Source: Laetmonice hystrix
Lineage: Eukaryota
Reading direction: 5' to 3'
Assembly: GCA_965235115.1 (NCBI GenBank)
Contig: OZ249436.1
Location: 44,828,001 to 44,892,000, forward strand
DNA: 64,000 bases
How positions within the stretch are numbered: the first letter of the stretch is position 1; each line of letters opens with the position of its first letter. Positions 27,439 through 39,944 of this stretch are shown here, piece after piece. Under the pieces are notes generated by a model, which worked only from the letters and a program-made list of their open reading frames with translations, did not search any database and was not told where the DNA came from. Both the position numbers and the translations under genes were made by a program.

Positions 27439-28024
27439 CAGGGTCGTAGCCAAGGCGCGGACGCGCGGTGCAGCGCTGCGCTGGCAAGCGCCTCTGCCAC
27501 GCTGAGAATTTTCAAAAGTATAAAAAATATATATAACCATTTTTTTTTGTTGCTAGTCCGATTTTTCTTGGAGGAGTATTCTCGATTCGGTATAAGGATA
27601 TTCACGGGCAATCGGGGGGGGGGGGGGGGCAATTGCCCCCCTGGCTCTGGAAAATGGAAAATTTCAGAATCCAGAGTGCGATTTTCCCAAGTTGAGGGAT
27701 TCCTAAGGTCCGTCCCAGTGCCATCGTGCCCATAGGGCCCCCCCCCCCGAAAAAAATTTCAAGAGTCCAATTCGGTAAAAATGCTCCTTTTTTTTTTTTG
27801 CTGACTTTTTTTCTTTTTTTGCGCTTGCCAGATTTTCCTCACAAAAAATCGGAAATTTTACATGGTACCCCCCCACCTCACCCTGGAAAAGTCTAGCTAC
27901 GCCACTGTTCATGCCCCCCCCCCTAATATTTCATCCGCACAACGGCTCTCTGCCACCAACGGCTCTCTGCCCCACCCTAGAAAGCTCAGTACCGCTCTGA
28001 CAAAAGTCTCTGGCTACAACCCTG
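27439..28024. mobile_element. hAT-like MITE with 5-bp TSD (hAT5-type) between the two genes
   Basis: TIR CAGGGTCGTAGCCA / TGGCTACAACCCTG; TSD GAGAG on both sides; contains an extra GCTACGCCACTG end at ~27896-27907. Confidence 0.8.
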
Positions 28025-28198
28025 GAGAGTACTAAACTTGTGAACACTGGTTAAACAACATGCAAAGGTCACCAGAAGGTGGAACCAGGAGTTACATTAG
28101 ATTGACGACAAGACACTGCGGTTTAAAACCCAGTAACAATCCTTTTAAATCAGCTGATGCCGCTTTACCTTTAAAAATGCCATTTCTACCAGTTTTCT

Positions 28199-31100
28199 TT
28201 AGAATGTGTATTTGTCGGAAATTTCTTTTAAGAGGGGAGCTTGCAAGTTAACCAAGCAGCAGCAGAGCTGGAAGATCTTTGTGGACAATGACCTGTAATT
28301 TGCTGTTATGTGCCCTAGAATTTCAAAGTTTTTGATGCGCTCATTTGCTCGTTCAACATGAATACGTGCTCGAGCGATCTTTTGACACATCTTTGCCTCT
28401 TCAGGGGTGAACCAGGATTTACCTCTGAGGAAAGGGGGAATATTCAAACTGACACCTTGTGGAAGTAGATTGTGTACTGTAAAACCCTTGTCAGCCAAGA
28501 TGAGGTCGCCACCCTCAAACTCTTTTAGCATATTGCTATGTGCAACGATTGCCACATCAGATGTGGACCCTGGGTAAAGGTCAGTAACATGGACTATTGC
28601 TGCGTTGGGTGCAACGCATGTTACAGCCTTGACTGTGTGGCGGCTTTTGTATGAGCTATAGGTAGCATCCTGCTTCTCCAGGTCTTTGGGTACATCTTGA
28701 TTTATTTCTGTGGCATCTATTGCTACACGGGCAGATTGAAATTCATCGAAGGACTTGGGCATGGAACCCTTGCACTTGAGCTGGCTAGGAATCCCTTGTC
28801 CAAGTACTCCTGTGAAAAGCAACTCATGAAGGGCAGTGACTATGGTATGGAAAATGTTTGATACCGTTGCAATGCTAATACCAAACCTGTGTGCTAAGTC
28901 TCGCTCTCTGCAATTAAGCCGAAGCTTCATAAGAGTAAGAAGCAGTTGGTCCTCCAACGTCAAGGATGCAACTGTCCACCCTGCATAGTACTTGATGTCG
29001 AACCTTTTCAGGGTGGATGCCAGCAGGGTGAAGACGTCATATTGCAGGGACGTATAAAGCAGCATCTGTTGTAAAGTGTGGACAGTTGTAAATCCTAACT
29101 AAATCATGTGGGGCAGGGGTTTATACATTGACCTCTGTCTGCCTGTACGTATGTGCGGTAGGTACGTACGTGCGTATGTCCACAGAAAGCGTTTTCTTAA
29201 AGGTGTATGGACCGATTTATTTGACATTAATATCAGGGACTATATGGCGATTATACCCTTCGAATAATTTTGCGATATGATCCAACAAGGCTGCCAGGCA
29301 GCCATATTGGACAAAAAACAATCTTTGTAGGCATATCTCAGAGAAGGTCACACCGTTTCCATTCAAACCTGGCACAAAGACGGGGGATACTGGGGGACAT
29401 TATGCATGTGAGTTAGCCTATGCTTTGCATTCAGATCCAAGATGGTGGCAATGGCAGCCATATTTGTTTCTTTACACTATATCAGGACTAGGGCTGAAAC
29501 GATTCATCAATATATCGGTGCATCGCCAGTGTTCCCACTGTCATGGACAAGCATGGAAAAAATTGCCATCATGAAAGTCATGGAAATTTGCCCTTGCCCT
29601 GAAAGGTCATGAAAAAAGGTTCCTGTAAGAAAAAGGTTACCGAAAAGTCATGGAATTCCAACCTAAGTTACCACTTGAATGAACAGGAACTTGCCGACAA
29701 TCATGCATATTTGCAGTGGGCTGTATCTTGAAAACATTGCAAGATAAAGCCCATTACTAGTAATCAGGGATTGATAGGAAATCATATATGGGCTTTCATT
29801 TGGCACCATTCCCTTTGATTTTGAGTGACCTTGAAAGGGCAAATCAAGGTCATGCATATCTTACAATGGTGCAAGAAAAGCCCATACTTCCTATTAATCA
29901 TAGAGATGAAGTCATATACATATGAGGTTTCATTTGGCACAATTCCTTTTCACCTGGAATGACTCTCAATGTGACCCTGTTCATTCATTTTAATGACTGT
30001 TTCTGCTATCAGCAATATATAATAAATTAGTAACTTTTTTTGAAATCCTATTCCCATAACCACAATCGGTCTACTGTGAAGAGACTTGACATGCTCAGTT
30101 CTCAGTTGGGGGCTATGACAGTGACACCGTCTTGTTGACTGGTGATTTAAATGTGATGCTAGGAGAGACATTATGGAGAACATTGCTTATACAATGTTGA
30201 AGTTATAGTCAATTTATGTACCTTGCTATATTATGGATACCATGAAAACAAGCTACGGTAATATTTTCGAATGGATTGGGCCTACACATCAAAATTTAAT
30301 TCTACTAATGTGCATTTACTTGTATAGCTGGGTATCTGTCTATTAAGCACTGAACTTCTGAATAAAAATGTACTTGTAGAAAGGTAAAATGGTAATAAAC
30401 ACCAAAGAACTGTCCATATGGAAACTACCAACAGGAAAGTGTAATTTTGAACTCTGAATTAAACAATATTATGCATGAGAAACTTGAAATGCTCAAAAAT
30501 AAACATGAGTGTAAAGGCTCAAAATAACCATTAGGTGTACTGTAGGTTATACCTTTTCCCCACTATCCTTTATCAGGTCAATACTCATTTCGTTTTTTTG
30601 GGACTTGCTTGATGTTACTGTTTCCATTCCTGCTTTCAATCTGCCTATCTCAGCCTCTAGACTTAGAATTTTCATTTTACAGCCAAGAGCCTCACAAGTA
30701 CTGATGTAAGTGTGATCTGCTCCCACACTTGCTGGGTCAGCGAGTGCTGGTGTTTCCATTCTCTTCTGTCTGTCAGAAATACACATATGAATGACCAATC
30801 TTTCAGAAATTCACATATGAATAACTAATTTTATTACTATAAGGCAAACATAAATTATGTAACTCTAAATGTGAATTACTAACTGGTCTAGAAATTCGTA
30901 AATCTGCCCTTGGCACTCTGCCACTAGAGTTTATCAGCCCTTTAAAATAAAGTAAGGTAACCATACAATTCAGTTTGAATTTATAAATGCATCTTTAATA
31001 TCAAATAAAATTCATTTCGGTAGTACAGGAAAATTAATAATAATTAGCATAATAAATATACTCAGCGATTTATGTTAAAGGAAATATGTCACGTGGGGTA

Positions 31101-33719
31101 TCGACCGAAATCTCACACTGACGTATTTTATGGCACAGATTGTTTTTCATATTGATTCTGTTAACACATATACTACGAGTAGACAGTTGTGAAATTCTCC
31201 CTAATGTGGAAAAATGAATAAAACTAGCTGCAGCGTGCGCAAAGTGCGGTGAATCTGCCAATTAAGTAAATAACAAATAAATAAATAAACAAATAAATAA
31301 ATAAGTAAACAACAAATCTATAAAATGATAGTGGGACTATAATGGCCCATCCGCCGATCATGTGAAAAGGGTGCAAAACACAGCCGGCTGCAAATCTCGG
31401 GGTCTCTGAATCTAAGTGTGTCATTTTCAGTGACTGATTTAAGAATTGGTGATTTTTTTTTTATAAAATACCGGCCAAAAGCTACATAAACAGGTAGGGG
31501 ACCTTTGGGGCATATCGGAGAAACGCAATTCAGACATATTTTTGCTGAAACATGACGTATTATTTGAAATTCGTGACATATTACCTTTAATGGTCGGCAA
31601 TATTGATAGGAAATCTGAAATTACATATAAACTAACTTCGTTACTGGCTCTGCAAAGTCAAATAGTTTATCCTTGTTCCATGGAAACACGGAGGGTCCAT
31701 TCTCTTTTCGGCCATCCTTAAAATGGCAGCTGCAGATTCTGTCATTTCGGAGATCTATTCGCCGATCTTCCCTTCTGCAATAAGAGTCCAAAAGGTACTA
31801 CATCAAAGTCTACATGAGGAGGTACTACATGTTCAACTAGCAAAAATTGAGTGTATACCGTAATTCTTATAAATTTAATTGAACCAAATTACTATTCAAA
31901 TGACCTAATAAATTAACAAGAGCCCCAAAACGGGTCTGATGCTCAACTGGCTACACCTTGATATAACTCACATGAGTTTGAAGTATCTTTGATGTTAATA
32001 ATAGGTCAGTTAGTGTCAATGGGGTGATAGGACTCAGTTTGATATCAGAGACTATCTGTGCAAACAGAATTTTCACGGAAACGGGAAAATGGCTCTTGGG
32101 AAATGAAAACAGAGTTCAAGTTAACAGAAAATTCAGATTAAAAGAATTTCTGGTTAAAATAACAAAATATGTAGCACAATATGAAATCTACAGGGAAATT
32201 GGAAAAATTTCAGCTTAACAGTTCAAAATAGTTGGTGCAGTTGACAAATAAGTTTTATGATCATTTTACCCAACCTTGACCGTCCTTATTTTACGCAAAT
32301 AAAATACATGTATAAACTACCCTTCTCCACAATTTTCCGAGACTGAGTCATGAAAACATGGTTCCCACGCTATCAACTTTCCTAAATTCCTGGACTTTTC
32401 CCGGACTTTTCCTGGATCTTTATGACTTTTTCCATGACCATGTTCAGGTCCACTTCCATTTTTCCTTAGCATGGGATATTATAGACGGAGTATCGTCCCA
32501 CACGGCCCATGTGAGAGGCTAGGGTAGGGATATTAAAGAATGGTACCCTGAGTCGGCCAGACTGTAAATCAGCCACCTAGAATTGGAGTCTGTTGGTCAA
32601 ATTCCCGGACTTGAGCACATACATGTATTTATCAAATGGCTTTTTACTGGGGACCTGGCACTAATAGCGACGAGGCGCCGGGTTATTTCAATCCCTGCGA
32701 ATATGACCTCACGTTGAAGTATAGTAAATGCGTCCGATCGCCAAAGTGTCCGACGAGTCAATTTGTCCGGGGGCTAGTCAAAGTGCCCGATGTGAAAAGT
32801 CAAAGTGTCCGAGGTCGTTAGTCAAAGTGTCCGTGGTCGTTAGTCAAAGTGTCCGAGGTCGTTAGTCAAAGTGTCCGAGACGTTGGTCAAAGTGTAAGAG
32901 CAGATTACCATACATAATCATAAATGAATAAATCCGACTATAAAAACTGGCTGCGCTTAGGCCTAGGTCCGGCAGGTGAGCCAGGGTTCGTGCTGCCCGC
33001 CCGGGCCTGACTGGGCCTAAACCCCGGGCCCACGGCCTTTGGACCCGCGGACACTTTGACTCCTATCGCCGGACACTTTGACTCAAACTGCGGACACATT
33101 GACTCAAGCGGCGGACACATTGACTCGGACGCTTTTACCGTCGGACGCTTTGACCAACCCCCCTCACGTTCATAATCCAAGTTTTATTGAACTCCATTAA
33201 CATTTATTTATTGCTTAATCTTGCTGCAAACAATTATTAACAGACAGACGGACGGCTTTTAGCCAGTAGATCTAGACTCTAGAGCTAAAAATGCTACAGC
33301 CTACACAAGCGAGTTCTACATAACTACTGAACTAGTTTCACTCACAGCATATTATGTACAGATCAAGTAGAGTGACTATATTTTACAGTGTAAACTAGAC
33401 CCTTGCCTGAAAATTATTTTAGTAGCCGGCATCAGCCAGTGCAGTGAGATTAGATTGCCTAGATCTAGTACTAGTAGTCTACTACTAGATCTACAACGAC
33501 TAGTAGTAGGCTAGTACTATTACTAGTCAGTAGTAGTAGTGATCTAGTTAGATCCGTTAGATCTATGTTTCCCTTTGCATGTGCAATAAAAAGTATTTAC
33601 CTGCACAGTCTCTCCCACTTCTTGCACTCTTGTGCGTCTCTAGGAAACGTGAACAACACGCATTTCTGGCCACATGCGTCTGAACGATGGTTGCAGCCAA
33701 CAACAAAGCACAGACCCAT
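28199..33719 (-). CDS. THAP-domain + HTH + DDE_Tnp_4 (Harbinger/ISL2EU-type) transposase, 4 exons, 446 aa
   Basis: Exons 33719-33601, 31774-31637, 30769-30553, 29065-28199; GT-AG introns with matching phases; 1341 nt with no internal stop. THAP C2CH: CFVVGC...FP...W...ICSCHF...GPSVF; HTH: LEDQLLLTLMKLRLN...DLAHRFGISIATVS; catalytic triad IDATE, LADKGF, RIHVERA. Confidence 0.92.
29700..29975. repeat. Fragment of a TGACCTTGA-motif interspersed repeat in a transposase intron
   Basis: ATAGGAAATCATATATGGGCTTTCATTTGGCACC...GAGTGACCTTGAAAGG..AAATCAAGGTCA with a partial second copy; resembles common invertebrate tandem-internal repeats. Family not assigned. Confidence 0.45.
32730..33162. mobile_element. 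Foldback-like non-autonomous element with inverted subterminal arrays (transposase intron 1)
   Basis: AGTCAAAGTGTCCG repeated at 32740-32895 and its inverse CGGACACTTTGACT repeated at 33048-33155. Confidence 0.6.
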
Positions 33720-34025
33720 GGCGACAGTCAGTGTTCGTAGTGAGCGATAATGCGGGGTCACGCAGGGTACGACGCTTAGCGTTCCGAAAAACACAAAAAG
33801 ACACTTTTATTGCCAGGTCATTTTACATATTGGACTACCAAGGAGACATATTGCCATCTCCTTCGACTTTCTCTTCACTTTTTAAAACTCAAAATGTACA
33901 CACGTCATTTCACGAGACAAAACACAGACGCAAGCATTCCTGCCAATCAATGAAGCAATGGAGTAGGCGAGCGAGCGATAATAAGGTGTCCCGTAGCCGT
34001 ATCTAGGTCACGAGACTTAAACGCC

Positions 34026-34164
34026 CTTATAGGGAGTGGTCTAGTTAACTTAACGACTGGGGAGGGGGTGCCGCTAACGTTGTAACGTTGTCTGGTTGTC
34101 GCCTTGACGACGGCCTACTTAACCAGCAGTTAACTATATCAACGATGTTTAGTAAGACGGGGCC
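34026..34164. mobile_element. Outer right arm: probable right half of the split MITE
   Basis: AACGATGTTTAGTAAGACGGGGCC (34141-34164) is the reverse complement of 17794-17817 with one mismatch; shares TCTAGTTAACTTA with the left arm. Confidence 0.75.
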
Positions 34165-35269
34165 TAGTACGGTGGCCTATAAGGGACATGTGTTATTTGC
34201 CATTTCCAAGGAAATCATGATAGGTTTTTTGGGTGTTCACTTTAAAATATGGACGATTCGCACATCTTTACGGCGACTAGAGGAGAACGATCTTAAAATA
34301 ACAATTGAAAATGCAGAAAAGCCTGCAATGAAGACAAAACATTATCTGACAAAACACGAAAAATAATCTGAGAATCAAAGAAACAAAAACGAAAACGCAA
34401 GAAATATTTCCACTGCGGTGAAGGCGGTTCAGCATAAAAGGATACTGACAGTGAAACGGAAAACGGAAAGGGAGAGCAAACCGGAAACGTTGTATACAAA
34501 TTAAATCCGAACGATTGAATGATAAATGGAATATTGAAACGGACAAAGGAAATGTAAAAGCTATCCCTTAATAATATCAAGATGCACGTTGACGCAGCAT
34601 TTATATTTTGATACTAAGCAGTATTGGCGTAACCCAGTGAAGAATCTAACTTCACACTGAGCTCACTGTGACCTCACATTAAAGGTATGGAAAGATCACA
34701 TGGTTAGGTCACAGCAGACTCATTTTGAAGCAAGTAGGTTAACTCACTATAAAGTCACATGGTGAGGTCACCATGTGAGCTAGCTGTGACCTTTCTATGA
34801 GTTTGCAAATCTCACACTGTGAGCTTTCTGTGAGCTTTTTGTGAGTTTGAACTCACCATGTGAACTAGCTGTGACCCCTCTGTGAGTTTGCACAACTGAC
34901 AGAATGAGCTTCCTGTGAGTTGTTTGTGAGTTTGTACTACAAACTCACCAGGTGAGCTAAGTGTGACCTTTCTATGAGTTTGCAAATCTCACACTATGAG
35001 CTTTCTGTGAGCTTTTTGTGAGTTTGAACTCAATATGTGAGCTAGCTGTGACTTCTCTGTGAGTTTGCACAACTCACAGAATGAGCTTCCTGTGAGCTGT
35101 TTGTGAGTTTGCAAGGCAAACTCACCAGGTGAGCTAACTATGATATATTTGCGAGTTTATATTGTGTATTTTTAGATCTTATCAAAAACACAGTTATTAT
35201 GGTTTAAATGTTTATTACATCATAATTAGTACAAAAAGGTCCATGTCCACACTGGAAGGGAAGAAGATG

Positions 35270-35551
35270 GAGCTCAGTTCGTCAGACCATAGGCCTAGAT
35301 CTAGTGCTCAGTTTGTCAGACCAGAGAGCTCAGTTTGTCAGCCCATAGAGCTCAGTTTGTCAGCCCATAGAGCTCAGTTTGTCAGACCGTCCATAGAGCT
35401 CAGTTTGTCAGACCATAGAGCTCAGTTTGTCAGACTGTCCATAGAGCTCAGTTTGTCAGACCATAGAGCTCAGTTTGTCAGACCGTCCATAGAGCTCAGT
35501 TTGGCAGACCATCCATAGAGCTCAGTTTCTTAGACCAGAGAGCTCAGTTTG
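35270..35551. repeat. ~22-26-bp minisatellite inside the EnSpm-like element
   Basis: Unit CCATAGAGCTCAGTTTGTCAGA(CCGT). Confidence 0.9.
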
Positions 35552-35586
35552 TTCATTCCGATCTTGTTCGTCTGGGATGCGCTTTA

Positions 35587-35993
35587 AGCCGGCCTCAGGT
35601 CGCCCTGCGATTCCTTGCGCTGCGACGGAACCGTCGGCAATTGACGTGAATTTCATGCTCATGTCGCCTGTGAGGAGATCGGGTACACCTTCCTGCGACT
35701 GTCAGCATCTTGTCGCCGATCAATTACAACCACGCTCAGGTCGACTGCGCTCGATCGCCGACTGGTAGGCCTATAATCTTGTTCCGTCGCGGCGTAGAAG
35801 TTGAACAATTTTTACTTCTACGACGGCTGATCTTCTCGGTCGACGACGGTCGACGCGCCGGCGCAACCACACTCATGTTACCCTTGGTCGACGACTGATT
35901 CGTCGTGGATCGTCGTGGCTCAGTCGTGGGTTATCGCCAAATAGGCAGTCGCCGACTGATCCGGCGCGGCGCAAGGGCGACCTGAGGCCGGCT
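35587..35993. mobile_element. PIF/Harbinger-type MITE nested in the EnSpm-like element
   Basis: 20-bp TIR AGCCGGCCTCAGGTCGCCCT; perfect TTA TSD. Confidence 0.88.
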
Positions 35994-38900
35994 TTACTGC
36001 TTTGAGCTTTGCCACATCCCTCATGATGGCTGCCTGATTTTGCTCCAGACTTTCTGTAAGATCAGCATGCTGAAATCTGAAAATGTATAGAAATAAACAT
36101 TGTAGTGCAGCCATTAGAGTTGATATTGAAAAACTTTTGATATTTGTTATTATTACAACACTGCACAGTGGCAATTTCCAGAGTTTTGTATATTAGTGCC
36201 TTTATGTATGGCTCAGGTCGGCAACCTCTGGACAATTCTAATGATTGGCCATTGCAATTCTACATAGTTTATTGGTACCACTGGATCTTCAACCTTTGCA
36301 TGTTGAGATCTAATTAATTTTCCTATACTAATAGCAATGAGTGATATATAGAAAAATACCTGAAGTGTTTGTTCCGTCACGTTGCTTAGCCTGGGAGGTT
36401 GCAGAGCTGCATCATTAGTTGAGACTTCAAATGTTGGAGTAGATGTTAAAGGAAATAAAAATGATAATATTTAAACACTGCAAAAGCATTGCATTGTCAA
36501 ACTGCATTATTCCTGGAAATGGCAATATTAAGGCTTTTCGTAGACAAAGTAATTGGCCATTGCAATTCTACATAGTTTATTAGTACCACTGGATCTTCCA
36601 CCTTTGCAGATCTAATCAATTTTCCTAAACCAAAATACCTGGATATGTTCAAGGAAATACAATAATAATATTCAAACACTGCAAAAGCATTGCATTGTCA
36701 AACTGCACTATTCCTGAAAATGGCAATATTAGGGTTGTTCATATCCATCTCATTAGACTATAGTGGGGCCGTGGAAAATTTGTCATAACTTATGCGAATC
36801 TGCGTATTACAACTGATTACAACTAGTTAAATGCACATCACTTTAAGTGTGGTTTGTAGGATAACCGGGTAAACTACCTGAGATATTGATAGAACTTTCA
36901 AATGCGGAATCGAGACGAGACCGAGAGCCCCCTTCTGACATGACTACAGTAAGTCATAATATTTTAGTATAGTATTTATAGTGGAAAGTATAGTACATCA
37001 CTACACTCTTAAGACACGTACCAGCAGTGCTTTATATCTCATCCTTCCAGCTCATGGCCAAAGACAGTACAGCTCCACTGAAAGTCCCAAGAAAAGAGAA
37101 AAGTTTATTAGAAACTTATCAAACACATCCAAACAAAAATCAGAATATTCATTAGCTATGGACTACCAGCATATAAATAATCACACCAGGCAAAGATGCC
37201 ATGCATATTCTGTATTCTAATTGAAGACAATGCTTTGAACCCTACGAACACACACAAACTGATGCGTTGGCGTAGATTAAATATAAAATACTTCACGCGT
37301 GGCATGATGTGCTGACATATCAAACATCAGGGTTACAGTACCCTGACCTAGTCCCGGCCTGGTATCTTATTTCTCCACACTCTAAGTAGGTTAATTCCTA
37401 TTTTTATGGCCCGCCAACATCCCATAATGATATCTGCGGTCTCACCCTCTCATTCAGTGTAAGGAACTTTCGGCATATGAGCAAGAATGAGGTCAAACCA
37501 ACGAGTATAAACTATACTACCTACATGTACTTCCACACACAAATCTACATATATAATATGTAGACCTTGAAAGTGAAAGAGACTAGGTCTATTATAATAA
37601 TTACAAAATTGGAACAATATCCAATCAATCCTGTCAAAAGTATAAATCTTTTGTTCAGACTAGGCCTATAACAATATCCAATCAATCCTGTCAAAAGTAT
37701 GAATCTTTTGTTCAGAAAGGCGATATGAGACTGTTGATTTAAAGTTCTGCATGGGACTACATTAAAAAGGGGTGTGGGGGAAGGTCCTCCATATATATAT
37801 ATACACATGTATAGGCCTAAATATGTAGCCTATGTCTGTAAGATGGCATCAGAGGCGGGGCTGTTATTGGAAGAACTATTTTAGAACATATGGAATACTC
37901 GATCTAAAGTGGCGGGAAATAGCAACATATTAGTTTCCTTAGTTGAGGCTTTCCTAAGTTCAATAAATGAAGCAGATCATTACAGATTACATAGCTATAC
38001 TTACGTGTTTGTAGCCTGTATTGGAGGGACGTAGAATCTAGAATGATGTCTTGATGGCTGCACCCGAGCATGCAGGAGGAATTCGGTCAACTGAATTGCG
38101 CGCCAACCAGTACACGTGTGCTGAACCTGGGGTACTGCTCATGACCCCGAGGTCATATTCCCTCTCCAGCGGTCGCTTGTACCTCGTTGCGTGTATTATG
38201 GTGTGTGCAGAATGCTGCACTCCAGGAAGGTCTGGGTCAGCGGGCCGCGGTATAATTTAGGCACAGGCCACATGGAATTTAAAAACGGGTGAATAACTTG
38301 ATCCCAACTTTGGACGTTGGTGAGGAGGTGTCCTAGAATATGTCAGGTTCGTCTAAAACGACACCACCGCCTATTACCACCCCCCCCCCCCCCCCCCAAA
38401 CACTTTTACAGCTGCGCGTGTCCTATTTAAATTGCGCCCTCAAAACAAAGTCAGATACTTTGGTTCCAAACTTGCAGGGTTTTTATTCGGGAGATACTGA
38501 GGGGTGTAACCGCAAAGATTCATAATGATCCATATTCGGGCAGAAAGACGCAGCAAGCGTGGGATTTCGCTATCAATTCCCCGGCCGACAGGCGGCCGGT
38601 TGCCGTGACCGGCAGCGTCGGAGCCCGCGTGCAGGGTGGATTCAGGTCGGGGTAGCTGTATGGGAGAATTACGGAGGGTCCGTATTTAAAAAAGTACTGA
38701 ATCTTTTTATCCCAAACTGAAGACATTTTACGGCAAAAGGTCTTGTGAATATAAGCAAAGTTGGAGCCTATGAAAGGGAATGAAAGGTACCCCAAATAAG
38801 CGATTAAAACAGGCAGACAGATGTATTCAAAGTTTCCTATTCCTGACAGAAGGTTGCGCCACAAGTACACTTAGCCCTAATTATTTAGGTTATTAATTAA

Positions 38901-39944
38901 CCAGTTTTCTGTTATAATGGATTAGAAATGGAAGACTCATTGGAGATTTGGTATTCCTAGCAACGTTGAGAATTTCACTAAGGTTCCTCCAACAGTAAAG
39001 TGGATAACAACTTATTTCATTTAAAAGTATAATTAATTCTTAAAGTGTATTTCTATAATAAGGATTGCGGGGTATGCGTACATAGAGAGTGACCATGCAT
39101 GCCTGCATACAGTCCTGAGCAGTATGATTACTCCCCTGGCATTATCAAAAGAGCTATAGTGTTCATATTGTGGAGTCCACCTTTTTATTCAGAATTAATT
39201 AATTAAAAATACTTTACCTAAGAAATATGAAATAGAATCCACTTAGAAATGTGTAGAACACCTAGGGCTATAATAACGCCACTTTTGATAGAATTTGAAC
39301 CATTTTTGACCAATTACCGCAACTTTAGGAAAGATATCACCTTTCAGTGCAATTCTCCAACAACGTCTGGGCGGGCCAGAAATGTGATCTAGTCAATTTT
39401 CTTAATTACGCATAAATTCACCTAATTATGTCAATATATCCTCCTTGCCACCTAAAGAAACGATCTGTGATGTTTTTCTAATTGTTTAAAATTGTACGGG
39501 GCCAAAACCCCTCAATTAATCACCCTGTCCCCCCCCCAGGCACTTGTGCTGCCACCTATCGGTTATCGGACGTTGTGGCCACTTTACTATTGCTACAACA
39601 TGTATAAACTTTACATTTCCCCGGATTTATTTTCAGATATCTTTTTTCACACAGTGTTTAAATGCACATATAAACCTACGGTGAGGATACCACGTGTATC
39701 TTTCGCTATGGATTTGTACAAATACAACGAATAGAGTATATTATATATCAGACCCATAGAGGATTCTATACCTGCTGTTAGGCCGTCTACTGAGGTCAAT
39801 TTGTCGACGTCCTGTTAACGTAAGACAGACGTTGCAATATGGTTGTCAACGTGGCAACTAAGATTCACCCAAAATATATGATGTCCTGCGCCCACTGGGT
39901 ATCTCCATGTATATGGGATATAGCCTTGTCACCAACATGTCACA

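Larger units (their letters stand above)
17912..34025. mobile_element. ISL2EU/IS4EU-type (PIF/Harbinger-related) two-gene DNA transposon, ~16.1 kb with nested insertions
   Basis: Perfect 11-bp inverted termini GGCGTTTAAGT (17912-17922) / ACTTAAACGCC (34015-34025); convergent THAP-DDE_Tnp_4 transposase and SWIM-YqaJ nuclease genes, each starting close to a terminus. This gene pair is the known ISL2EU architecture. Confidence 0.88.

Noticed and set aside
28199..29065. Host HARBI1 gene
   Set aside because: The protein has an N-terminal THAP domain, a YqaJ partner and flanking inverted termini, which fits a transposon; no gene symbol assigned.
38255..38278. FHVACA (minus strand) as a PHD-finger fragment
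   Set aside because: A stop follows immediately and the upstream cysteines are missing; likely chance.
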